Both the position numbers and the translations under genes were made by a program. The notes below the pieces were generated by a model. The model worked only from the letters and a program-made list of their open reading frames with translations, ran no database searches and was not told the DNA's origin. This document shows, one piece after another, positions 48,701-60,750 of a stretch of 64,000 nucleotides of DNA (position 1 is its first letter; each line of letters begins with the position of its first letter). This DNA comes from Vicugna vicugna (lineage: Eukaryota), in NCBI GenBank assembly GCA_013265495.1, contig MU062841.1:16822337-16886336 (forward strand), in the 5' to 3' direction.

Positions 48701-50849
48701 TGCTCTCTTCGGTCTCCACGTCTCACCTGCAAGCTGGGGAAGGCTGGACAGAGCGAGCCGACTCCCCTTCCAGGTTTGTCCTTGCGCTCCTGCCAGCGGG
48801 GACCTGGCGAGGACCCGAGGCCTGTGAGAGCCAGCAGCCTGGAGACCAGAAACAGAGTCTGTCTCCGCTGTGTGACTTCCACCCATGGAGACAAGAGAGC
48901 ATCGCAAAGACATGAGCACAACCTGAGCGAGGAGGCCCACTCGCCGCAGCCGAGGGGGGCACAGCTGGCTGGGGTCCAACACGTTTCCACGGAGAAGGAG
49001 AGCTGGTAGCAGGAAGGCGTCCCGGGGGGGCAGGAGGAGCTGGAACCGAGACGTCGGAGACAAGGGTGCCGGGCCCAGCCCGGTCGCCGACTAGCCAGCT
49101 GATCTTCGCATGCGGCTTTGACCTCCGGCTCCTGGGTTCCTTCCTCTGCTAAATGAGAGACATTGGAGCAGCTAATCCCCGAGCTCAAGGAGTCAGAGAC
49201 TCAGTGGAAAACATGGAAGTGAGCCGAGAAAACAGCCTGGAGTTTGGTCCGTTTCAGGAACGCCCTCCTCGAGGCTGGCGGGCACGTGGCACCACACAGA
49301 CGTGGACGAAGCACTGGGAAGGGGGACACCACATGTCTGTCATCACAGAGGCCTGGTGCCAGCCCAGGGAGGCCCCTCCCGGGGAGGGGAGGGCACGAGG
49401 GCTAGTGCGGCAGAAGCCAAGGCTGGACTCGGGTCTGGGGTCCACCACGGCCAACCAGGAGCCTTAGGCACATCCCGTAACCTCTCCAAGCCTCGCCCTT
49501 AGCTCGAGGAGCGGTCCCTCCTCCTGCGTGGAGTTGCTGTGAGGCCAAAAAGGCTCACGAGCCTGGCGCACGGGAGGAGCCGGGCTGCAGGCTGCGGAGG
49601 TCGAAGCTGACCACGCGTGCACCTGCCTGGAAGGCATCAGCCTTAGTGATGTCCTGGACTCTTTCAGTCTTGGGCAGCCTGGAAGGACCTTGATCCTACA
49701 TCTGGCTCAGAAACACACCGCTCTCTCTCTCTCTGCCCTTCTCTTTCTCAGACACACACGCGATAAATGACAGCGAAACCGCCGTCAGCGGGGTGTCCCC
49801 AGGCATAGGAAAACGTGCAGAGCAAGCACCTGATGCAATGAATCAAACTGTGGGGTCCAAATTCGAGCCAGGGTCCAACTTCCCGCTCCAGCCGCGTCTG
49901 AGTCTGGGCCGGGCTCTCTGTTCCTGCAGCCAGCAATACCAGCGGGTGGTTCTGGCCAACGACTCGGGCCACTCGAAGGTAGCTGACCTCTTCTTGGGAG
50001 CTTGGGAGTGCCCAGAGCGGAAGGGAGAGAGAACCAGACTGCTGGCCATGGGATGTTTAGCTCAGCTGAGCCAGGGGGGATGGCTATCAAACCTGGCTGT
50101 GGCAAGTCACTGCGACTCGCAGAGCATGAGTGAGGGAAGGGACCGTGGAACACGGAGGTGTGCACAGAGATCCCCAAGGCGGCGGTTGGAGACTCCAGCT
50201 CTCAGTACGCCTTGGCTCCTGGTTGCTGGGTGACTCGGGCAAGTGGCCTCGGCTTTAACAGAGGAAGCGGGCGGCTGAGGTTGCCAGGGAGCCTTTTCGC
50301 TGAATTTCTCTCCCGAGGTTGAGCTAGCCTGCTTCCCACTGGGCTTCCATTCGTTCCAAGAGAGCAGTTAACTGAGTGTTGATGGCGCTCGTGCTGGGCG
50401 CTGGTCGGGCCAAGGAGAAAGACATGGCTCCTGTTTTACGGCTGCCAAAGGGCTCTCAGTCTTATGAAGGGAAGCATATATTGAATCAAATACATATAAC
50501 ACAAGACAACACGCACCATGGTAGCAGCCCATCCTCCCGGGAGGTCTGGGGAAGGGTCCACAGAGCAGAGGGTCACCTGCGTGAGAGCCTGAGGAACGAG
50601 TGAGAACTTTCCAAAATACTGAAGGCAGAGGGCACAATAGAAACCTGGCCAGAGGGTGTAGGGTCAGTGGGTATGCACTGGAGGGTGGAGGGACCCAGGC
50701 CAGAAAGACAACATGGGGACAGCGTGAGCACTCAGGAAAAGCAGCCAGAGAGCCTCCTCTGCGCTGCGGGTGACGGGGGCCGGTGAAGGTTTCCGGCAGA
50801 TCTGCGTCTTAGGGCCGTTTGGTTTGGCAACAGTGTACGCCTCCCAGAT

Positions 50850-51430
50850 GAGGACACCACAGCCCCCAGGCCAAATCTGGCCTCCAGCTTGGCTTTTTAT
50901 GGCCTGTGAACTTAAAAATATTTTATAATTTTTTACCATAGCTTTATGGAGATAGAATTCACATCCCATACAATTCACTCATTGCCAGTTTGCCATTCGA
51001 TGGCTCGGCGCGCTCAGCGCTGGGCAACCACGACCACTGTCAATTTTAGAACAGCTTCCTCTCTTCAAGAAGAAACCCTGTTCCCTTTAGCTGTCTCTCC
51101 CTCTTCTCCCCAGTCATCCCCAGCCCTACTTTCTGTCTCCAGGGATTTGCCTGTTCTGGAGATGTCGTGCACGTGGAATCTATGATCCATGGTGTTTAGT
51201 ATCTGACTTCTCTCACTTACCACAGCGTTTCCGAGCGCAGCCGGGCTACGGCGCAGAGCAGAACTGCGCTGCTTTCCACGGCTGGATAACATTCCACTGG
51301 ATGATGCACCACATTTTGCTCATCTATTCATCAGTCAATGGACCTTTGTGTCGTCTCCACCAAGGAGGACCGTGCACCGTGGATGTGTGTGGCTCAAGTC
51401 TGAGTAGCTGCACCAGCCCTGCACAGACCG
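50850..51430. mobile_element. MER58B-like MITE interrupted by an antisense L1MB 3' end (about 50925-51362)
   Basis: MER58 left part ggccaaatctggcc...ttttatggcctgtgaactt. L1MB: agctttatggagatagaattcacatcccatacaattcactc...ggatttgcctgttctgga...ggataacattccactggatgatgcaccacattttg. MER58 resumes with tgagtagctgcaccag...agacc. Confidence 0.75.
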
Positions 51431-51459
51431 ATGCAGAGCCTGGGGAGCAGGGAGGCAGG

Positions 51460-51680
51460 GTGGGGCTCTGACAGGTCCCAAGTGAGAGGCGATGGTGGCC
51501 TCGACTAGGGGAAAGGAAACCGATTTGGGGTCATCAAGTCAGCTGGACTTGGCAACAGATCGGATGTTTGGTTGAGGAAAATCCATTTACCATAAAGAAA
51601 CTGAAAGTCAGGAAGTGGGTTGAGCTGTTTGTGGTGAAGTCACTGGCTGATGGCAAAGCTCCGCCACGAATCCAGCTCCC
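51460..51680 (-). mobile_element. L2 LINE fragment
   Basis: ggtcccaagtgagaggcgatggtggcctcgactaggg...ggacttggcaacagatcggatg. Confidence 0.65.
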
Positions 51681-52189
51681 CTCCTGCCCACAACACCTAG
51701 ACGTGTGCGCTTTCTGATCATGGCTAACGGGGAAGCCGCCTGAGCTGGCAGCCTTGGGCTTGCTGGGTGAGGCTCCCAGCACTGAGCTAGCCAGCCACAG
51801 GCACGCGTCGCACACTGGCGTGGTACCTGGTGACGGGCTGGCGCTGTGCCCCGGAGCCACCTGGAGTGTGAGCGCCTCATGCATCCCTCAAAACGCCTCC
51901 CCAGGTGTCTCTGATCAAACACCTGCCTCTGGGCCGCATGGATCCATCCCTCCCTCCTGTGCTGTCTTCCTCGACCCCTCCCAGTCCTCCCTCCAAGCCT
52001 GTCAACTGTGCTGCGCTGGTCGCTGGGCAGAGGCACAGTCCTGCTCAGGTGCAAAGCGGAAGCGGCCACGGTGCCCCTACCAAGCTGGCCTGGGAGAGCA
52101 GGAGCCGCAGGTGCCAAGCTCCTCGGGGGCCAGGCCAGTCCCCCGGGTACCAAATGAGTGAAGACAAGGTGTCTCCTCTGCAGTACTTG

Positions 52190-52645
52190 TCTCCTATAAT
52201 GGTGCCTTCCAATCTCCTTCAGCTCCTCTGGTTTCAAAGGAATCTGAAGTCTGGCTTGGCCCTGAAGGCTCTTCCCCGCAGGACCTCAGCATACCTCTTC
52301 AGCCAGACCTCTCCCATTCCCCGTCTACACTCGCTGCTTCCCATACCTCCTTGTTCTCAAACTCACCACGCCTCTCCCACCTCTGAGCCTCCCCCGGGAT
52401 CCTCCTTCTCCCAGTGTTGTCCTTCTCCACTCCCATCTGCAGTCAGAAAACTCCTGTTTATCCTTCAAAACCCATTCAAATATTCTGCATCCGGACAGTC
52501 CCTGCCTCTAGCTCTGTTCACAACGCTGGCCACCTGCATTGTGACAGTCCTTCCTTGTGTCTTTCTCCCCCACTAGCCTGTGCCTTTTGTCTGTCTGCTG
52601 GCCCATGGTCGGTGCCCGCTAAATATTTGCTGAGTGACCGACCAA
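52190..52645 (+). mobile_element. L2 LINE 3' region
   Basis: Pyrimidine-rich L2 body (aaaactcctgtttatccttcaaaaccca) ending in gtgcccgctaaatatttgctgagtga. Confidence 0.7.
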
Positions 52646-52769
52646 GTGATGGAGACGGCAAACGTTCGTTCCCCTTGGACTTCGGTTTCAAGGGGACTTT
52701 CGTCCTCAAAGCCCCTCAGGCTGCTTCAGAGGAAGCTGCTCCCAGCCTCGCTGCTTTCTCTTCTATTGA

Positions 52770-53300
52770 TCCTGGGATTTATGGCCCCGTTGTCTCCTTT
52801 TATTAGGCTGTAATGGCCTCTGTTAAAATGTGTTACATGGAAATGGGCTAATTAAGTGTGCCCAGTAAGTCGGCATCCCGCAGAGTGGCCGGCCCTCCGC
52901 GGGCAGAGTCCTGGTGCCTCACGGAGGAGGGGCCGACGGGGGACGGGCGGGGAGAGCTTGTCCCCCTCACCCCTGGCTCTCAGGGCGGCGGCGGCGGCGC
53001 TCCCCGCCCCCCGGGTCAGTGGCCCGGCCCTGTTGCTCTGGGAGCCTCTGGGGCCAGTCTCCGAGTGGCTTTGTTTGCCTGCGAGGTCAGAGTTGAAGCA
53101 CCCACACCGGGGAGTGCGAGTCCTGCTCCTCGAGCTAAGACTGGCCTCGGTCCTCACGGAGGGGACAGGGCGCCCGCCCGTCCAGGGGAACGTCCTGCAG
53201 CAGGCCTGAGGGCCAGACTCTGCAGGGGCGCCTGTGCCCCTCTCCCCTCTCTGTCTCCAAGGCAGCCACCGTTCCCAGCGCTCGCAGGCTTGCAGGAGGC
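52770..53300. promoter_or_regulatory. Homeobox motif cluster adjoining a CpG-rich patch
   Basis: GATTTATGG 52776-52784, TTTTATTA 52798-52805, TAATGG 52811-52816, CTAATTA 52848-52854, then CpG-dense 52860-53300. Confidence 0.4.
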
Positions 53301-54094
53301 CACGCTGGCGGGAGGCACCCCAGGGCAGTGCCGCCTTTTGAGGGATTTCTGACATGTCCTGCTGGGCTCTTCTGGTCCCGGGGGGATTGAGGATTTGGCG
53401 GTACTCTCAGGAGAGGAAAACCCTTGAGGAATGGGACAGGAACTCCCGAACTTTCTGGTTTTGCTCCGCCCGAGTGAAACCTCGCCGTCTGCTTGGCTGA
53501 ATCTAGTCGTCCAGGCCCAGCCACGGTCACTGCTTTCTCCCCCTGGAACTTCTGCAGATGGACTGTCTCCGGGAGAGTGTCTCAGAGTCTGCAGGTTGGC
53601 AGCGGGGGTCTGTGCTCAAAGAAGCCTGGGGACATTGTTAACAGAGTTAGACGGGCCTGCTTACTCAGGACTCCTCAGCCCGCGCCGTGGTCACATGCGC
53701 TCTCAGGGAAGGTGTGGCCAGCCCGCCTTCCTCCTCAGCCTCCCCCACCCCAGTGTCCTGCGTCCGTGGCCTTCGCCACGGGACTAGGCGAGGCCGCGGG
53801 CACTTCTAGTCCCCACGGGCGCTCAGCTTGGCCGCGTGACTGACCGTGGCCAGCGGGAGGTGGGCGGCGGGGGGCGTCTCAGGGCTGAAATGGGACCGGG
53901 CAGGGCAAGTGCCCACTAGCTTTTCCTCGCTGCCGTGTTATTGTCCCGGCCATGTTCCCCAGCAGCCACTGGCCCAGAGCGCAGCTGCTGGAGGATCGCA
54001 CAGCCGAGCTGTGACCCCAGGCGGAGCGGCCCCGGGCAGCCCTGGGGCTGAGCAGGCGGCCCCGAGGTGCTTTGCCACTTGGCGATCACTGGCT

Positions 54095-54570
54095 GCGCCG
54101 GTGCCCGTTGCTTCTGTGACAAGTCACCACGCACCGAGCGGCTTAAAGCGCCGCCCATTTGTTCCCTCCCAGCTCCGGAGGTCAGAGGCCAACAGCAGTC
54201 TCGCTGGGCTGCAGCCAGAGTGTCGGCAGGGCTGCTCCTCTGCAGACCCAGGGAGAACCCTTGATTCGCCTTGTTCAGCTTCTGGTGGTCCCCTCTGTTC
54301 TGCAGCCCCTCCCCCCACCATCACAGCACATCACTCCAGCTTCTGCTCCCCTTGCGCAGTCTCTCCTCCCGTTGCCCCTCCCTCCTCCCTCCTCCCTCCC
54401 TCCTCCCTCCTCCAGGGCCCCTGCTGTGACATCATTCAGCCTCATCTTCCCATCTCAGGGAGCCTACCTTCATCACACTGGCCAAGTCCTTTTGGCCACA
54501 TGGTGTACCAAGCATGAGTTCCAGTGGTTAGGAGGTGGACTATTCGGGGCTGCAATTCAGTTTGCTGCAC
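54095..54570 (-). mobile_element. MaLR LTR (MLT1C/D-like) containing a CCT-rich simple repeat (54376-54413)
   Basis: gtgtcggcagggctgctcc...gggagaaccc...ttcccatctcagg...aagtccttttggccacatgg...ggttaggaggtggac. Confidence 0.8.
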
Positions 54571-56796
54571 TGATGCCAGAAAGGATGAAAACACGCAGGT
54601 TCCCCAGATTATTTGGGATACTTTCCCCTACAAAGCCTCTCAGACTCTCTCTCCTCGCTTCTTCAGAGGGTGCCACTTTGGGGAACTGGGCCCCCCCCAA
54701 CCCCGTTCGTTGCCACTTCTCTTGCTAATCGGCAGGTTTTGTTGTCTGCTGCAGGTTACAGAGTCCTGCAGGCTCAGTTCAGCCCCTTTCTCTGCTTGGC
54801 AGCCTCCTACGTTCCCAGCCTGTGACGTAGAGAGGACACCTGTCTGTCCGAGCTGAATTGACGGTCACATCACAGGAGGTCACCTTGAGCGTGTTTGCAC
54901 AGGGCCTGGCCGTGGCTTCCCAATGAACAGCACGTGCTTTCCTGGCCTACCTTCGCGGGACAGGCAGAACCTAGCACAGGAGGCTACCATGGCGGACAGT
55001 AAATGCTCTCTGGCTGATGGACGCCAAGTCTCCCGGAAACCCACACCCCCGCTTCCTCCGTCTGCTTTCCCTTCCGCAGCGCTAGGCGTGCGGGGCGCCC
55101 TGTCCTGGGCCTGTGTCTTGTCCTCTCCTGACGCATGCAGTTCCTGGGGGAGGCGGGAGGAGCCGCGTGGCGTAAGTGAGCGAGCCTGACTCACCACTCG
55201 GTAGCTGGGTGGCTTTGGGGATGGTCCTTGTTTGCTTGGGGCTGCGGTTTCCCCGCTTGCTCGTAGGAGGCTGGATTAGGGGCCCCGTGGCCTCTCCCTC
55301 CCAGGCTCAAGACCCTCCAGCCTGTGACCCTCCCTTCCCCCACCATTCTGCTCCGCCCAGGCCTGGGACCCGTTGGCACTGACCCAACACTGGGTGAACG
55401 GAACCTTGGCGCCCTTTTCCTGCAGTCATTTCCTGTTTTACATTTTAGTGGGCTCTTTAGACCAAACTACCCTTCAAAAACCAAAAGAAAAAATGGCAAA
55501 TTGCCCGAACTCAGGACCGGCCACTGGGACACGTTCCTAACTGTCGGGCCTTTCCAGGGACCTCGCATCCCCCACGCAAAGCCGGTAACTGTGGCAATGA
55601 CTGTCCCTAGTGAGTCCCGGGTCACAGAGAACAGCAGGTCCCAAGCCCGCGGCGAAGCCCTGATCCCGAGGCCCGTGGCACTGACCCCCTCGTGACTGGA
55701 AGGTCTGCTTCTTGAGAGGGTGACCGAGGAGGGAGCCAAGCCCTGAAAGCTTTGTCTCCTCCACTCTGCCAGCTCTGGACTCCGGGATAATTCCAGCCAT
55801 TAATATTTTAAGCAACTCGTTTGACATTTTCCCATTTAATTAACTTGCATACGTGTGAGAACAGGGTGTGGAGAGTGCCAGGACATTTAAAGAAAGCCAT
55901 TTGGGTTTTCCCGTTTCTGGGAGGAGGGGGGGGGGTCGCCCCCTTTTCCTTTGCCTTAGGAGGGTCGCCACCCTTTCCTTTGCCTTTTTCCTCTTCGCTC
56001 CATTTCTGTCCTGCATTCCTGATCCTGAGGCTCAGCTGCTGAGCTCGGAGGAACGACTGAACCTGCCAAAGCTGATGCCCCACAGCCTCAGCCTGGGTGA
56101 CGCGGGGGGCCCGGAGCGCCGGGCGGCGGCTCTTGTACCCTTGACCCCGGCTGTTCTCCAAGTGTGTGTGCAAGCGGCACTGCCGTCCGCGCAGCCCCAC
56201 GCCACAGGCTGACGTGGTCCCACTGCCACGCCAGCCCGGCGGGAGCGAGGGAGGGGCGGCGGGAAGGCAGACCGTCCATCGGATGTGGTTGCGGCCTTCC
56301 CCGCCCCGGAGCTGGGGCTCCGAGGGGAAACAGCAGCTCCGTGACGCTTTTCTCCCGGAGTGACACAGTCGCTGCCACGACGTCCAATGATTAAGGAATA
56401 AAGGGATACAAACAGAGCGCGTTCATTGGCGAGATGCGGTGGGGGCTGGGGACAGGCTCACTCCATGTTCCCTAGTTGAGAAGTCGCACCCTGATTAGCT
56501 CCCACCCAGAGCATTCACGGGTGCTCTGCGCCATCCCACCCCGGCGCCAGGCCGCAGAACCTGCAGCCCTGGAGTTTCCTGCTGGCGTCCGAAGGGGCTG
56601 TGCGGCCTCCAGGCGCGCCCCTAGCACGAGGCTGCGAGGCTGCGCCGCTGGCCCAGCCTTCAGAGAGGATCCGCCGTCTCGTGCTTCCATCCGCCCTAAT
56701 TAATCACAGACTTCCCCTGCCCATCAGCCGCTCCGCCTGCTCTCCCCAGATGAACCTGGGCGCTCCCGGCTCCAGTTTATCCATGGTGGCCGGCAG

Positions 56797-56833
56797 CCAG
56801 CCCAGCCCAGCCCAGCCCAGCCCAGCCCAGCCC
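56797..56833. repeat. (CCCAG)n pentanucleotide microsatellite, about 7 units
   Basis: Read directly from the sequence. Confidence 0.9.
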
Positions 56834-59079
56834 CAACCCGGGAGCCGCGTTCCCAGGATGCAAAATGGCACCCCCCATCTCAGGCAGCTCACGGGAGAAC
56901 GAGTCCTGCACTTAAAATGAAAATCCTTTGCAAGCCAAGCTCATCGGTCTCTGGAGAAACTTCATGTCTCCGCTTCCACCCACACTCAGGAGAGTCTTTG
57001 GAGATTTCTAACGGGGCTGGATTTGTTTTTCGGGAGGCCCCCTCTGGCTGCTGTGAGGACACATCTGCAAAGGGCAGTGATGGTCCCTGGAAGGTGCCCT
57101 GGACTCGGTGTTGAGGAAGAGGATGGAGAGAGTGTGGCAGATGCAAGAGACCGCACCCCCTGGGGCTGGTTTTAGTCTCCCTGGCCGGCCAGCGTGCAGG
57201 CTCCCACTGACCCACTGGGGTGTCGAACAGGGCTCCGAAAGAGCAGAGAAAACACAAAAGAACTGGGCAAGGTAGCTGGCTGTGCAGGGTAATGCCAGAC
57301 ATGACCACCTGGGCCAGGAGCCGGGAGCCTGTTTCCTTGCTGGACCTTTGGCCTCCTGGCCCGGGTCAACAGCAGACCCTCTGTAAGCCCCACTGTCACT
57401 GGTGTGCGAGGTGTTAACTCTCAGCCAGGCCGGGTCCCGCTGGTCCCGGGGCAGGTGGCCCGCGGGCAGATGGGAGGGGTGGACAATGTGCACGGAGCGT
57501 GACCACCCCCAGAGCACAGGCTCCAAGCTGTCCCACTGAGCCCTCCCGGCTGGGCTGGGAGGACGGAGATACTGGTGACCCCACTGTACAAAGGGACAGA
57601 CTCGTTTCTCCTGTGACTTGCCCAAGGTCACCCTGTTGGCGGCAGCCCCAGGGCTGAACACAAGCCTTCTGTCCATGCTGGTGCAGCACAGTGGAGCGTC
57701 CCACCAGCAGGACTGTCCAGACTTACGTGAAGGCCAAAAGATGAGACAGGATCTGCCTGGGTCTCTGCAGTCCGTGCTTCCTGCCAACATGGCGGTGGCC
57801 TCCCTGAACCGGACACTGCCCCATCCCATGAGGCACAGTGGTCCCACAGGGCAACACCTTTGGATGGGTCATTGGCTTACCAACCTGGCTTACCAACCTG
57901 GCAGCCTTTAAACGTCCACTATTCTGGGCTACCCCAGATATACTGAAGCAGAGTGGATAGGGATCCGGCGGCTGTGTTTTTAAAGTCTCCCCAGGTCCTC
58001 AGTGGATGTATGGGGAGCTCGGGGGGGAAGTGCTGTCAGGCCATGAGTTAGCGGCAGAGTCGGGAGAGGAGGGCGTGTCCTGCCTTTCCCAGCCTTCTCT
58101 TCCGCGGGACTGTACCGATGCTCTGCAAGGGGTTGTGGGAAAGTCCGCCCTTACGGACGGTCTGGAAATGTCGGGGCTGGGCAGGAGCTTCAAGGGTGCC
58201 TTCCCAGCCCAGTGGTTCCCGGCCGCCCGCCGGACCAGCCATGTCAGTCGTGCGGGTGCTTGTTGCAACCCGGGTTCCGGGCCTCCCACTGTACCTACTG
58301 CGTCAGCGCTGGGGAGGTGCAGCCTTGGACCCTCTGCTGTCAAAGTGTCTCTGGTGAGTCTGAGCTCAGCCATGTCGGGAAACCCATGAATCCAGCCCTA
58401 ACCGTTTTACGAATCCAGTCCCCCAAGAGAAGCGATTGGCCTAAGCTCACCTGGCTTAGCAGCCAAGGTTCCGGCTCAGCCTAGAGCGCTTTCCTCTGCC
58501 CAGCACTCATCCAGAAGCCCAGCCGCGCGGAGGGGCAGGGGGAGGCGGTCAGCCCGCGGCAGCAGGAGAGCCCGTGACGCGGAGAGCAGCCCCCACTCAG
58601 CTGCTTGTGGCAGGTTTCTCTGCCCTGGTTATCGATGCCTCTTCTCTTCCTGGTACCTCCGCTTGCCCATCCTGATGCAATCAGTTACTCACAGGAATAA
58701 ATTATGCACACAGCCTGCAGTCTATTAGGTAATCGGTGGTGCGGTGCGCTGGCCCAGGAGCCAGCTGGCAAGACAGGCTGTCTGGAGTGAAGGCCAGCAG
58801 AAGGGACAGTGCAGGCCCGGTGGGTGGAAGTGTCTCCAAGTGGGAGAGCCCCAACCCTCCAAGCAGGGAAACTCTGGGTCCCCAGAGACGAACTTTCAGG
58901 CCAAACTTGAAAACAACTTAAGAACCACAACGGCCCTGCTCCAGCTGCAGTTCGCGGGCCAGCCACCTCCCCAGCGCCCCCACCTCCCACACCCCCTGTC
59001 CCTGCAGAAGGCCTGTCTCTGATCCAGCTGGACCTGGAGCCTGCCTCTCAGACCTCAGTCTGCCTGGGGGTCACCAGGG

Positions 59080-59180
59080 ATGCTGTCGAAATGGAGGTTC
59101 TGATTCAAGGGGAGGCTGAAGTTCTGCGTGTCTGACAAACTCCCAGATGACACCGATGCTGCTGATCTGAGCAATGAGGG
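59080..59180. mobile_element. MER5A-like fragment
   Basis: ggttctgattcaagggg...tctgcgtgtctgacaaactcccagatgacaccgatgctgctg. Confidence 0.6.
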
Positions 59181-60559
59181 CCGAGAGGCCGGCGTGGGCA
59201 GAGCTGGCCATTCAGCCAGCTCCGTTTACTGGTTTCCAGGGCAGCCCCTTTGCAGGTGCTGTCCCCTCTACCCACAATGCCCTCTCCGCTCACATTTGCT
59301 TAGAAACTCCTGCTGGCCATTCACACTCAGGCTCGAGCAGCGTCTGCTCCCTAAGATCTTCACTGACCCCCTTCTGACCTAAGTAGACTCAAGGGAGGTG
59401 ATACCTGCCCTGTGCCCTGATCAGACTCCATTACATCAGTGCCCACTCTTCTGTGACAGCGGTCTCCTCATCTCTCCATCCCCATGCCGGATAGGGCTCT
59501 GCAAGCCACAAGGCACAGTTGGTCCTGAGAGATTTTCAAACATCTCTGAAACAGTCTGAGACCCGAAAGCAAAATGATTGGGTCCAAGATGTGAAGGGAA
59601 AACTTTGCAATAGAAATTAATAAAATTTCAATGAAACATCTACCAAACAAAATATTACATCAACCTCATTAATGGTTTCATGGAGTATTCATAAAAATTC
59701 ATAAAAATTTCATTATATTTGAAAACACTGTGTAGGTTAGATTTTCTCACTTTGCAAGAATTCTTGAGTGCCCTGATAATTGCTGAGAAGTCAAAGCCAA
59801 CTGTCAATCGAAGGGATGACTTGTAGCCAAATAATTTCAAAGGCAAGGTTATAAAAATAATTTTTCAACAGAGAAAAATATACTTAATGTGGAATACGAG
59901 TGAAATTCAGTATGTCTGACATGCATGGGGTGGAGCTTCCAGAGCCAGCGTTTCTAGGTCTTAATGGCCTAGAAGCAATCTTGGTGTCTGGCTCAGAAGA
60001 GGCAGGCAAGAGGCTTCACCGGAATGAGTGGACAAATAGATGGGCACCCAAAGTGAATCTGAAAAGTGCAAAGGTGGGAGGAAGGCAAGAAAAACAGGAG
60101 GGACATATAAAATGTAGGCCAAAGTTTTAGGACAGCACAGAGGAAGTCCTTGTTAGCAAGAAACCCAGCTGGCCGGCGGAGACACGCAGTATCGCCCCCA
60201 CTGGCTGGGGGGGTCCTGGGTTCTCCACCGACTCTGGCCTCGTTGACCTGTCATTGCTACTTCTCCAGTGCCAGGAACATCAGAGCCCTTCGGCATTGCC
60301 TCAGAGAAAGAAACCAGTGGTCCCTGAGGATCGAGGCTCTGCCTCTCCTCTGGGAAGGGGGCTCGAGGGGAGCTCTGTAACCGACTCTGCGTCAGACATC
60401 CTGCACTGGACCCAAATTCATCTTGAACCAATTTCTACCTTCCTCCTGAACCACCTCTTGGTTAACATGTTCCATATGTTTCTTCCTCTGAAGGAAAGTA
60501 ACCTTTAGTTTTATTTCAAAGGGTATCATTGAAAAGTCTGATGGGACAGGACTTTGTTT

Positions 60560-60750
60560 GAAGACAAGAAGATTTAGGGTGTTCTTCCAAGGAAACAGAG
60601 ATAAACAGAAAGATTTATATGCAAGATGTCCACTGCAGCATTATTTACAAGATTGGAAGGTTAGGAGCAGCCTGAACGCCCAGCACAAGGGGTCGGTTAG
60701 CTGCGCGGTGATCTACCCACACAAGGACAACGACACAGCCAGTAAAATTT
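60560..60750 (+). mobile_element. L1ME-like ORF2 3' fragment
   Basis: aaagatttatatgcaagatgtccactgcagcattatttacaa...cagcctgaacgccca. Confidence 0.7.

Noticed and set aside
49930-49978. Exon-like segment (cag|...QQYQRVVLANDSGHSK...|gtagct)
   Set aside because: The donor is weak, the 49-nt length is not frame-preserving, the peptide is unrecognised and the adjacent sequence looks MLT-derived.
56797-56833. (GGGCT)n on the minus strand resembling an immunoglobulin switch repeat
   Set aside because: Only about 37 bp long, with no kilobase-scale array and no Ig constant exons nearby.
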